This document shows, in pieces, positions 11,306-23,782 of a stretch of 64,000 nucleotides of DNA (positions are counted from its first letter, which is position 1; each line of letters begins with the position of its first letter). The stretch comes from Anaeramoeba ignava BMAN (lineage: Eukaryota; Protista; Anaeramoebae). Location of the stretch: assembly GCA_028826165.1 (NCBI GenBank), contig JAPDFW010000044.1:62001-126000 (forward strand). Reading direction: 5' to 3'. The notes below the pieces were generated by a model. It saw nothing but the letters and a program-made list of their open reading frames with translations, ran no database searches and was not told where the DNA came from. The position numbers and the translations under genes are program-made.

Positions 11306-14300
11306 TTAATTATTATTATTCTCATCATTATTGTTATTATTATTCTTATTATTATTCTCATTAATATTCTCATCATTATAATCATCATCTTCAAATCTTA
11401 TTCTTGTTTCATTTTCTGAATTTTTTGGTTGATCAAGTGTTTTTAAATCTAAATCTTTTAAATAAGCATAAGCTGATTTGAAAACAGTTAACCAATAATC
11501 TTGTTCTGGATCAATTACATCTCGATCTCCAAAAATATCAACAAATCTGATATTTGAAGGAAGATTAGGTGGATTTGTAACAACTATAACATAAATCTAA
11601 AAAAAAAAATATTTCATGTAAAAATGAAAAAAATTTAATATTTGATTAAATTTCATGTAAAAAGGAAAAAATTTGAATTTTTACAATAATTGGAAGCATT
11701 AAATCTGCTCCAATTTCTCTTATTCCACTAAAAAGAAGAATATTATTAATAATCTTAGCACATTTAGCTAAAACTCCAATCTTTAAAGATGGCGATTTGA
11801 ATTGATTAAGAGTCATTAATTCTATTAAAATGTAAAATCATTTAATAAAATGTAAAATCATTTATAATTTTAGATTTACCTTCAATTGCTAAAATCCATA
11901 ATTCTTTTTTCCAAACTTCTTGAGGAATTTGAAGAATTTGAGGAGTTAATTTCTTTCTAATTTCCGTCATTTTGATTGAAAAATCATTATCTTCTTGTTC
12001 AAATTGCTCTTTCATAAAAATAGGTTGAAAAATACTAAAATTTTTTTAAATTAACTTTTTCGATAAATTTTTAAAAAGAATTTTTAAAATTAAATTTCTT
12101 ACAAATCATGAATTTGAATAAAAACGTGATTCTGGATTGAAATTAAAAGAGGTCTTAAAGTTTTTGAATAAACAGAACATAAAGGATCCATTTTTAAAAT
12201 ATTTTGACTTGAATCAAAAAAATCGGTTGTATTTTTCCTTAAAATTTCCAAGTCACTTGATTCTTTAATTATTTTAATTGAATCTTGTAATGTATCTGAA
12301 TATTTCTCAATAAAAGCACGAACAACTAATGCTCTAATAAAATTATCAAAAGATGTCATTCTTGATTCTGTTTGATTTACTAGCTCTTCTAGTCGATTAA
12401 CAATTCCTTGGTAATCATATTTTTGAGAAACTAAGTTATGTAAATGATTTTTTCTACTAAAATATGACTGAAAAAAAAATTAATTTAAAAATTTAAAAAT
12501 TTAAAATTCACAAAAATTTACTTGTTTTATTTTCAACATTAAAGAAGATTGATCAAGTTTTTTTTCATTTTGAGTAATTTTTTCCAGAGCTCTAATTGTT
12601 GCATCTAAAATGCAAGCTTGATTAATAGAATTTGAAGCAAAAGCAATCTAGAAAGAAATGGATTGAACAATTTTTTTTTTTAAATTAAAAATTTTTTTTA
12701 AATTGAAATTTGTAAAAGGAAATTTTTTAAATAAAAATTTTTACTTCTTTTTCAGATCTTAAAATATCGATTATATTCTTGTTTTTATAAGACTCGACAT
12801 TACTAAATTGAATTGTCCACAAAGCTTGTTTAAATTTTTTTTCAGCATCTTGTAAAAAAGAAGCTTGACTAATTTTAATTTTCTTAGCAATAACAGGATC
12901 TTGTTTTGGAACAGAAATACTTCTATTAGTTTTATTAGAAAAGAAAAAGGATCTTCCACGTTCTTTTGTAACGACATTTTTTGTGTTTAAAGATAATTTT
13001 GGTGGTGCTGGAAGTGTAAGAGTTAATGATAAAGACAAGTATTTATTATGTTCTGCTGGAATTAATTCAGGTGGTTTTCCAAATTCAAGTATAAATTTTA
13101 TTAACGGTGCTTCTAAATCTAATTTGTCTTTAGTTTTGGGTAATACTTCAGTTGCATATTGATATATTAATTGATGCAATGAATATACATCATTGGGTGT
13201 AATAAGAGTTGATTTAAGAAGTGGTTTTCTTCCAACAAAAAATAAATCTTCCTATTAAATTTTTTCAAATGAATTTAAAATTTTGAATTTTGAATTTTGA
13301 ATTTTTAATTGAATTTTTACTTTCGTTTTCTTTTTTTTGTTTTCAATTTGTGGTTCAATTGGTTTAACTTGATCAATAACATTAGCAATTTCTGCAAAAA
13401 ATCTAGATATGTTAATATCATATTCTCCAATTTTTTGTGTAATATTTCTCATAGATATTCTTCTATCATCTTTTGATGAGCAGATACTTAAAAATATTTT
13501 TGCAATCTAAAAAAAAATAATTAAAAAGAAAATAAAAATTTGTTTTTAATTTGGAAATTTTAATTTAAAAAGGAATATATTGAAAAATTAATTTACTTGT
13601 GTTAAATTATTCTTATGAGTTTTTGTTATTGGAATGTCAGTAATAACACCATAACGTTCTAATTTTAAAAATAATGGATTTAATTTTAATTTTTATTTTA
13701 ATTATTTTTTAAAAAAAATTTTGAATTACGAACTAAAATTAAAATTAAAATTAAAATTTATTTTGAAATTTAAATTTATTTTTTAAATGTATTTACCCTG
13801 GTGTAATAAAAACTGGGTTTATAAGTCTAACTAAAAGAAAATTTCCAAGAATCCGATCAATTTCAGATTTTCTTTTATATTTTACACAAAGACTATTTAG
13901 TTTTTTTTTTGTTTTAAAAAGAAAAAAATCAAAAAGTAATAATTAATATTTTCAATAATAATTTTTTAAAAGAATAAAAAAAAAATAATTACTTTCTAAA
14001 TGTTTTTGATAACCATCTAATTCCATAAGGAAGTAATGGAATTTTTTTCTCCATTGAATCAAGGAATTGTTTCATAAAAGAAGCTAATTTTGTTGTAACT
14101 AAAAAAAATATTTAAAATATAAATATAAATATTTAAAATATAAATATAAATATAAATATTTAAAATATTTAAAATATAAATACCAAGATCTGGACCTTCT
14201 TTTTGTTCATCTTCTTTTTGTGGAGACTAAAAAATTAAGAATTAAAAATAATTAAAAATAATTAAAAATAATTTAAATAATTTTGTTTTTAGTTTTCTTT

Positions 14301-15497
14301 ACAAAATCAATTGATGATTCTTGAATTAAAGCAAGCATTGGATCTCTTAATCCTGATATTAAAAATGACTGAGTTTGTGAATTTTTAACATAAGCAGATA
14401 ATAATCTACTAAGTAATTTATTAGATGAAAGCATTGTTCTTGGTTCTGGTGATAATTTTAATTGCTCTAAAATACAAGACTAAAAAGAATTTTTATTTTA
14501 ATTTTAATTTTAATTTTAATTTGAATTTTAATTTTTAATTTTAATTTTAATTTTAAATTTAATTTTAATTTTAATTTTAATTTAAATTTAATTTTAATTT
14601 TGATTTTAATTTTTATAAATGAATTTTAATTTTAATTTTTGATTTTTACTTTCAATAAAATAAGCATCTTAAATTCTTCTTGATCATTACAAAGATTTCC
14701 AAAAAGTGAAAATATTGCTGAATGTGAAAGAGTTTCAATATAATTTCTTTGAAGACCTGGAGTAAGAATAATTGCACGTGCTAATATTTCAGGAGAGTCT
14801 CTTAATAATTGAATCATTTGTTGGTATTTCTTTTTGATTTTAAAATTATAATTTTAATTTTAATTTTAATTTTAATTTAAATTTAAATTTTAATTTTAAT
14901 TTTAATTTTAATTTTAATTTTAATTTTAATTTTAATTTTAATTTTATAAATTAATTTTAATTTTAATTTTAATTTTAATTTTGAATTTTAATTTTAATTT
15001 TGATTTTAATTTTAATTTTAATTTTAATTTTAATTTTAATTTTAATTTTAAATTTGATTTTTTACCGAACGTTGGATGTTTGATAAAGGAGACTGTAAAA
15101 ATTCATACATTTCAACTTTCCAAGAATTTAATTCATTTTTAGAAGAATGAAGCATAAAACCAACATTTGTTTCTGTTAAAGTTTCACTTAATCTGTTCAT
15201 ATTTGTCCATTCTACCAAATCAGTTTGAAGTCTTTGAAGTAATTTTTCTGCTTTTTTTTTGATTGCTTCAAGAGATTTTTGTTCTAATTTTAAATTATTT
15301 TTTATGTTATATTCAATTTTTATTGTTTAAATTTATATTTAAATAAATTAATTTGCAAAAAAATTTTTTTTTCGAAATTGTTTTTTTTTTTTAAATATAA
15401 AAAATAAAATACCTGCATCAATACTTGATTTTTCCTTTTTAAGAATTTCTTGTATTTCTTGAATTTGTTCCCAAATTGTAATTCTTTTTCTTGACAT
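11306..15497 (-). CDS. GAPVD1: RasGAP + VPS9 domain protein (GAPVD1/Gapex-5/RME-6-like), many exons; largely missed by the ORF track
   Basis: N-terminal RasGAP-like segments (LLPYGIRWLSK, GNFLLVRLINPVFITP, THKNNLT/IAKIFL). C-terminal VPS9 signature GADLMLPII/IYVIVVTNPPNLPSNIRFVDIF..EQDYWLTVFKSA. ATG at 15497, TAA at 11306-11308. Confidence 0.8.
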
Positions 15498-15709
15498 TTC
15501 GAAAAAAAAAAAGGAAAAAGGATTTAAAAAAAAATGAAAAAATGAAAAATAAAAATTAAAATTTAAATTTAAATTTAAAAGCGAAAAATTTTTTTTTCAT
15601 TTTTTTTTTCATTTTTTTTAATTAGATTTTTTAATTTAAAAATAAAAATAACGAAAAAAAAAAAAAATTTAAATTAAAAATCAATTTAAAAATTTAAAAT
15701 CAATTTAAA
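15498..15709. promoter_or_regulatory. Probable bidirectional promoter (GAPVD1-like / XRN2), 212 bp
   Basis: Head-to-head ATGs, with TTTTCATTTT motifs on each strand pointing toward the respective gene. Confidence 0.6.
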
Positions 15710-18700
15710 ATGGGAGTTCCAGCATTTTTTAGATGGCTTACAAGAAAATATCCAAAAATAATAACAGCATGTAAAAAGCAAAAAGAAGAAGAAGAAAACG
15801 TTGATTACAGAAATCCAAATCCAAATGGGATTGAATTTGATAATTTATATCTTGATATGAATGGAATTATTCATCCTTGTTTTCATCCTGATTCTGGTTT
15901 AAAACCAAAATCTTGGCTTGAAATTTTTCATAATATTTTCCTTTGGATTGATAAATTATTCGCTATTGTTCGTCCTAGAAAAGTTCTTTATATGGCTATT
16001 GGTTAGTTTTGGTTTTTATATTTATTTAGCAAATTGAATTTCAAAATGAAATTTAAATTTAAAATTAAAATTCATTTATAAAATTAAAATTAAAATTAAA
16101 AATTAAAATTAAAATTAAAATTAAAATTAAAATTAAAATTAAAATTAAAATTAAAATTAAAATTAAAATTAAATTTAAAATTAAAATTAAAATTAAAAAT
16201 TAAAATTAAAATTAAAAATTAAAATTAAAATTAAAATTAAAATTAAAATTAAAATTAAAATTAAAATTAAAATTAAAATTAAAATTAAAATTAAAATTAA
16301 AATTAAAATTAAAATTAAAATTAAAATTAAAATTAAAATTAAAATTAAAATTAAAATTAAAATTAAAAATTAAAATTAAAATTAAAATTAAAATTAAAAT
16401 TAAAATTAAAATTAAAATTAAAATTAAAATTTAAAAAATTAAAATTAAAATTAAAATTAAAATTAAAATTAAAATTAAAATTAAAATTAAAATTAAAATT
16501 AAAATTAAAATTAAAATTAAAATTAAAATTAAAATTAAAATTAAATTAAATTTCAAATTAAAATTAAAATTAAAATTTATAATTAAAATTAAATATTAAA
16601 ATTAAATTTCAAATTAGAATTAAAATTAAATTTCAAATTAAAATTAAAATTAAAATTAAATTTCAATTTAAAATTAAAATTCATAATTAAAATTAAAATT
16701 AAAATTAAATTTAAAATTAAAATTAAATTTAAAATTAAAATTAAAATTAAAATTTAAAATTAAAATTTAAAATTAAAATAAAAATAAAGATGGAGTAGCG
16801 CCAAGAGCAAAAATGAATCAACAAAGAAGTCGAAGATTTCGATCCGCACGAGATTATTTAGCAAAAAAACGATCCAAACAAAATGAGAAAGTTTTTACAC
16901 ATGAAAATATTGGAAATATAGATTTAGAAAAAGAAAAAGAAGAAGAAGAGAATTTTCCATTAACAGATAGCAATATAATTACACCAGGAACTGAATTTAT
17001 GCAAAAATTAGCCAAACAATTAATTTTTTATATTTGTGACCGTTTAACTAATAATCCTGCTTGGGAAAATCTTAAAATTATCCTCTCAGATTCAAATGCT
17101 CCTGGTGAAGGTGAACATAAAATTATGGAGTTTATTCGAAGACAAAGAATTCAACCTGGTTATAATCCTAATACAAAACATGTTTTATATGGATTAGTAA
17201 AAATATCAAAATTCAATATTAATTTTTCTAAATATTTATATTTATATTTATATTTAAATATTTATATTTTTTAAATATTTATATTTATATTTATATTTAT
17301 ATTTATATTTATATTTATATTTATATTTATATTTAAATTATATTTATATTTTTTTTTTATATTTTATATTTATTTTAAATATTTTATATTTTATTTATTT
17401 TTAAATATTTATATTTATATTTTTATTTATGTTTTATATTTATATTTTTATATTTATATTTATATTTATATTTATATTTATATTTATATTTATATTTATA
17501 TTTATATTTATATTTATATTTATATTTATATTTTTAAATATTTATATTTATATTTATATTTTAAATATTTATATTTATATTTATATTTATATTTATATTT
17601 ATATTTATATTTATATTTTAAATATTTATATTTATATTTTTAAATATTTATATTTATATTTATATTTTAAATATTTATATTTATATTTTATATTTATATT
17701 TATATTTATATTTATATTTATATTTATATTTTTAAATTTTAAATATTTTAATTATTTTTTATATATTATATTTATATTTATATATTTATATTTATATTTA
17801 TATTTTATATTTATATTTATATTTATATTTATATTTATATTTTAAAATTTAAATTTATATTTATATTTTAAATATTTTTTAATAATAATAATAAAAGGAT
17901 GCTGATTTAATTATGCTTGGACTTGCAACACACGAAGCACATTTCACAATATTAAGAGAAGTCCAATTTTTTTCAGAAGCGCAACGAGAATCATACATTG
18001 AAAGTAACAATCAAGCACCATGGACAACGGAAGAGATCCAATATTATCCAATGAGTGATTCAACAGAAAAAGATCCCGATCCATATATTTTCTTACACTT
18101 ATCAATATTAAGAGAATATCTATTTCATGATTTATACAACCCAAATTTGCCGTTTGGATTTAATTTGGATCGGATTCTTGATGATTGGGTTTTTTTATGT
18201 TTTTTTGTTGGAAATGATTTTTTACCACATCTTCCATCTTTAGAAATATCAGAGAATGCAATAGGCGTTCTTATGGATTTATATTATCAATTATTACCTA
18301 GTTTTGATGGATATTTAACAGAAAATGGAGATGTTCAATTTTCCTCATTAAAATTATTTCTTGCCAAACTTGGCGAATATGAGGACAATATTTTCAAGAG
18401 AAGAAGAGAACGTGATTTAGCAAGAGTAATTGAACAAGAAAGAAGAAAAGCAGAAGAAAATAAATATAAAAAAAACATGGATAATTTTAACCCAAATTCA
18501 ATTGGTCATGGAAATAACAAATCTCCTTTGCATAATAACAATAAGAAAGAAAATGCAAATACTCAAGATTTAAATAATGCAAAAGAACAGGAGGATAATT
18601 CTGATTTGGATGATGTCGATAGAGTTCAACTTGGGGTTGAAGGATGGAAAGAAAGATATTATGAAGATAAATTTAAAATTCAAATTACAAATTACAAACA

Positions 18701-21340
18701 AATTTCAAAGATCAGCTATCATTATATACAAGGTTTGCAATGGGTCATGAAATATTATTACCAAGGATGCTGTTCTTGGCGATGGTTTTATCCATATCAT
18801 TACTCGCCATTTGCCTCGGATCTTTCAGAATTCATGCCCCAAAAAGTGGATTTTGTTAAAGGAGCACCATTTTCTCCACTTGAACAATTAATGGCTGTTC
18901 TTCCTCCTCTTTCTAGGCATGCTTTGCCTGTTCCTTTCAGAGATTTGATGATCAAGAAAAATTCTCCTTTGATTAGTTATTACCCTGAAAAATTTATTGT
19001 TGATCTTAATGGAAAACCCAAGGAATGGATGGGTGTTGCTTTACTTCCTTTTATTGATGAAGATAAACTTTTGAATAATTTAAATCTTTTATATCCCAAA
19101 CTCAATGATAATGAATTGGAAAGAAATTCTATTAGAGAACATCTTTTTTTTGTAAGATATTCTGATAAAGTTGTTAGTACTTTATTGAAATTAATTCCAG
19201 AAGTTAATGATGAAATCCCAAAAATTGTTAATAAAAATACTCAAGAAAATAATTTAAATGAAAAACCTTATTTACAAAAACAAAACCCAAGAAAAAGGTC
19301 AATTGATTCAAATAATAATTTAGAAAAAGATTTTACAGAAGATGAAATAATCAAAAGAACTAAAACAAAAGGAAATCAAAATCAAAATCAAAATCAAATT
19401 GAAAATCAAATTGAAAATCAAATTGAAAATGAAAATCAAAATCAAAATCAAAATCAAATTGAAAATGAAATTGAAAATCAAAATCAAAATCAAATTCAAA
19501 TTGAAAATCAAATTGAAAATGAAAATCAAAATGAAAATGAAAATCAAATTGAAAATCAAATTGAAAATGAAAATCAAATTGAAAATGAAAATGAAAATCA
19601 AATTGAAAATGAAAATCAAATTGAAAATCAAATTGAAAATGAAAATGAAAATCAAATTGAAAATAGAAATGAAAATGAAAATCAAATTGAAAATGAAAAT
19701 CAAATTGAAAATCAAATTGAAATTGAAAATCAAATTCAAATTGAAAATCAAATTGAAAATAGAAATGAAAATCAAATTGAAAATCAAATTGGATGGGTTT
19801 GGATTACAACATGTTTTGGAAATGATGATTTTTTTGGAAATATAAAAAGAAGTCAATATTCAATTTTATTTGGAAAAACTTACAAATCAACAATTTTAGA
19901 TTTTTGTCCTTCAATTCCAAAGAATTTAGGATTGATATTTACATATAAAAACCCAACCAACATACCTGAAAATTATATTTTTGAATCTCGATTACTTCAA
20001 GGAATAAATCCACCAAGAAGAATGATAAGATCAAATGATGTTTATTTTACAAAAAATCGGCCCAAACAAAGCTCAAAATTTCTTCAGAACATAGTTAATA
20101 TTAATAATAATACTCGATATTCAAGATCTTTTCATTCTAATAATTTAACTTCACATTCACCATATTCAGAAAAGGATCATCAAAATTATCATAATCAGTC
20201 AGGATACAATAATAATCATCATCATCATCATCACAATCATAATCACAATCATAATCACAATCATAATCACAATCATAATCATCGATCTTCTCCAAATTTT
20301 TATTCAAAATCACATTCTTTAAATCCAGAAAATCTTCCAAATAATATTTTAAATGTAGACGGATATTCGATAAGTAATCAATCAAACAAAGATGGAAATT
20401 ATCAACAATATAATGAAAATTATCAAAGATATCAACAATATCAAAATCAATACCAACAATATCAAAATCAATATCAACAATATCAAAATTTAAATCAAAA
20501 CCAAAACTTAAATCAAAATCAAAATCTAAATCAAATTCAAAATCTAAATCAAAATCAAAATTTAAATCAAAATCAAAATCTAAATCAAAATCAAAATCAA
20601 AATCAAAATCAAAATCAAAATCAAAATAAAAATCAAAAAAAACAAAATAAAAACCAAAATCAAATTGAAAATCAAATTCAAAATCAAAATCAAATTCAAA
20701 TTGAAAATGAAAATCAAAATCAAATTGAAAATCAAAAATCAAATTCAAAATCAAAATCAAAATCAAAATCAAAATCAAATTCAAAATTTAAATCAAAATC
20801 AAAATCAAAATCAAAATTCAAAATCAAAATCAAAATCAAATTCAAAATCTAAATCAAAATCAAAATCAAAATCAAAATCAAAATCAAATTCAAAATCAAA
20901 ATCAAAATCAAAATCAAAATCAAAATCAATATTATCCCCAAAACACTTTTCAGCAATATTATCAACAACAATATATTAATTATCCTCAATATCAACAACA
21001 ATATATTACTAATCCTCAATATCAACAATATATTAATAATCCTCAACAACAATATTATCAACAATATTACCAACAACAATATATTAATAATCCTCAACAA
21101 CAATATTATCAAATTCAAAATCAAAATCAAAATCAAAATCAAATTCAAATTCAAAATTTAAATCAAAATCAAAATCAAAATCAAATTCAAAATCAAAATC
21201 AAATTCAAAATCAAAATCAAAATCAAAATTTAAATCAAATTCAAAATCAAATTCAAAATCAAAATTTAAATCAAAATTTAAATCAAAATCAAATTCAAAA
21301 TCAAAATCAAAATCAAAATTTAAATCAAAATCAAAAATGA
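15710..21340 (+). CDS. XRN2: 5'-3' exoribonuclease 2 (XRN2/Rat1); exons 15710-16001, 16790-17196, 17898-21340, with an apparent 1-nt frameshift near 20735 in the QN tail
   Basis: [98 protein letters not shown]. Confidence 0.95.
16057..16780 (+). repeat. Intronic (AAAATT)n microsatellite, XRN2 intron 1
   Basis: Directly visible. Confidence 0.95.
17232..17870 (+). repeat. Intronic (TTTATA)n microsatellite, XRN2 intron 2
   Basis: Directly visible. Confidence 0.95.
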
Positions 21341-21443
21341 ATATTGAAAATTAAAATTGGAATGAAAATATTCAAAAAATTTTGTTTCAATTTTTTAAAA
21401 TAAAATTCATTTTTTTCTTTTTTCTTTTTTATAAATTTTATAA

Positions 21444-23495
21444 ATGCAAAAAAATAAAAAAAATTCATTAGAAGAAAAAATAACATCTTCAACATCAAAC
21501 AAAATTTCAAGAACAGAAACATCAACAGAACAAAACACAGATCAAAAAGAACAAAGCGAAAATTCAAGTTATAGTTCAAATGAAGAAGAAATAAAAACAG
21601 AACAATACATCAACAAAACAAAAATAAAATTAAATAATAATGAAGAACCTTATATTGAGGAAGTTCCTCATTTAAACATTTTCAAAGAAATTTTCCAGGG
21701 ATTGGATATTATAGAAGAAGATATTATTGAAAAAAATATAATAATGTCAACAATGCTTCCTTTAGCACCAAATATGGATTTTTTACATTATCATACAAAC
21801 AAGAAAAATGAGAATAAAAAAGAGCAAATTGAAATGGATAAAATAGTTGGAGGAAATATAAATGAAAATATTGTTGAGGAAAATTTAGCACATTTAATTG
21901 AATATGATGGAGATTATTCCGACTTGACATTTTCAACTCCTGAAAAAGTTGGTCAAGGTCGGCAAAAGCACTTGTTTTTTCCAATACATTTTCGATGGGG
22001 TATATCTGGCAAAGTGATTGTTGTAAATCGCAGATACCGCGATTTTGTGTGGCTTAGAAAATCTTTGCTTCAGGAATGCCCTTCTTTTATTATTCCTAAA
22101 ATTCCATCCAAAACAAAAAACAAAAAAATATTTAAACAAAATGTCGAACAAAGAAAACGATTTCTGGAAATGTTTTTGACAAGAATAGCAAGACATCCTG
22201 TTTTATCACATAGTTATTCGTTTGAATACTTTTTTGAAAACGAATCTTTTAATTTGTCAAAATGGCAAAAAAAACCAAGATTGCAAAAAAAGTCAAGATT
22301 TACTTTAAAAAGTTATGAAAGAGATTTTGTTAGAAATATAAATGGGAAAAATAATGATATTGTTATAAAACGCCAAAAGGAATTATCTTCGTTACAAAAA
22401 TCAGCGCAAAATTTACATAAATTATCAACACAATTAAATACACTTTATTCAAAACAATCAGATTTTTATAAAGAATTTGCAAATAATATTCTTTTTGAAT
22501 TCAATCCAATTTTTATTTCACAAGATTTCCGAAAACCGACTATTTGTGAATCTTTTTATGAGTCTTGTCAGGAAGTTTCAGAAAGGTTATTGGAAAAGCA
22601 ACAAAGAGATGAACTTATTTTCCAAGAACCTCTTGAAGAGTTTGCTTGTCAAATTGATTCTTGTCATGAAGCTTTTAAATATTATGAAAAAATTAAAGGA
22701 ATGTTAAATAAAACGAAAAGGGAATTTGAAAATAAATTAAATCAAGAAAATAAACTAAATCAAGAAAATAAATTAAATCAAGATAATAAATTAAATCAAG
22801 ATAATAAATTAAATCAAAATAAATTAAATCAAGAAAATAAATTAAATCAAAATAAATCAAATCAAAATAAACTAAATCAAGAAAATAAATTAAATCAAGA
22901 TAATAAATTAAATCAAGATAAATTAAAAAATCAAGATAATAAATTAAATCAAAATAAATTAAATCAAAATAAATCAACAAATCAAGAAAATAAATTAAAT
23001 CAAAATAAATTAAATCAAAATAAATTAAATCAAGAAAATAAATTAAATCAAGAAAATAAATTAAATCAAGAAAATAAATCAAATCAAGAAAATAAATTAA
23101 ATCAAAAAAATAAATTAAATCAAAATAAATTAAATCAAGATAATAAATCAAATCAAGAAAATAAATTAAATCAAGAAAATAAATCAAATCAAGATAATAA
23201 ATCAAATCAAGAAAATAAATTAAATCAAGAAAATAAATTAAATCAAAATAAATTAAATCAAGATAATAAAATTCTTGATGAATTTATAAACCTCCAACAA
23301 AATCTTTTCGAATTACAAAAAAAAAATGAACAAACTTTTCAAGAATTAACTAGTGATTTAATCTCTTTTGATAATCAAACTAATCAAGATTACAAAAAAG
23401 TTTTCACAAATTTTATTTCGAATCAATTAGAATTTGAAAAAGGATTATTTTTTGTTTGGGAAAGATTTTTAAGACAATTTGGAAAATTTGATTAA
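21444..23495 (+). CDS. Sorting nexin (PX-BAR type), intronless, with NQENKL repeat insert
   Basis: PX motifs VNRRYRDFVWLRKSL, IIPKIPSK, VEQRKRFLEMFLTRIARHPVL; helical BAR-like C-terminus ending ..FEKGLFFVWERFL. Confidence 0.85.
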   Translation: MQKNKKNSLEEKITSSTSNKISRTETSTEQNTDQKEQSENSSYSSNEEEIKTEQYINKTKIKLNNNEEPYIEEVPHLNIFKEIFQGLDIIEEDIIEKNIIMSTMLPLAPNMDFLHYHTNKKNENKKEQIEMDKIVGGNINENIVEENLAHLIEYDGDYSDLTFSTPEKVGQGRQKHLFFPIHFRWGISGKVIVVNRRYRDFVWLRKSLLQECPSFIIPKIPSKTKNKKIFKQNVEQRKRFLEMFLTRIARHPVLSHSYSFEYFFENESFNLSKWQKKPRLQKKSRFTLKSYERDFVRNINGKNNDIVIKRQKELSSLQKSAQNLHKLSTQLNTLYSKQSDFYKEFANNILFEFNPIFISQDFRKPTICESFYESCQEVSERLLEKQQRDELIFQEPLEEFACQIDSCHEAFKYYEKIKGMLNKTKREFENKLNQENKLNQENKLNQDNKLNQDNKLNQNKLNQENKLNQNKSNQNKLNQENKLNQDNKLNQDKLKNQDNKLNQNKLNQNKSTNQENKLNQNKLNQNKLNQENKLNQENKLNQENKSNQENKLNQKNKLNQNKLNQDNKSNQENKLNQENKSNQDNKSNQENKLNQENKLNQNKLNQDNKILDEFINLQQNLFELQKKNEQTFQELTSDLISFDNQTNQDYKKVFTNFISNQLEFEKGLFFVWERFLRQFGKFD

Positions 23496-23782
23496 ACAAA
23501 AAAATAATTATTTAATTATTTATAATTTATAATTTAGCTTTGTTTTTATAATTAAAATAAAAATTTATTATTTTTAATTCATTTTAGAACATTTTTATTA
23601 TTATTTTTTTTTTGAGGAATTTTTCAAATAAATCAAAACAAACAATTCAAATTCCTTTTTGTTTTCTTTTTTAAAAAAAAAAATTTCCATTTTAAGAAAT
23701 TATTAAGAATATTAATTTTTGATTTTAATTTTGAAATTGATTTTTAAAAATCGGAAAAAAATTTTTTGAATAAAATTTCAAT

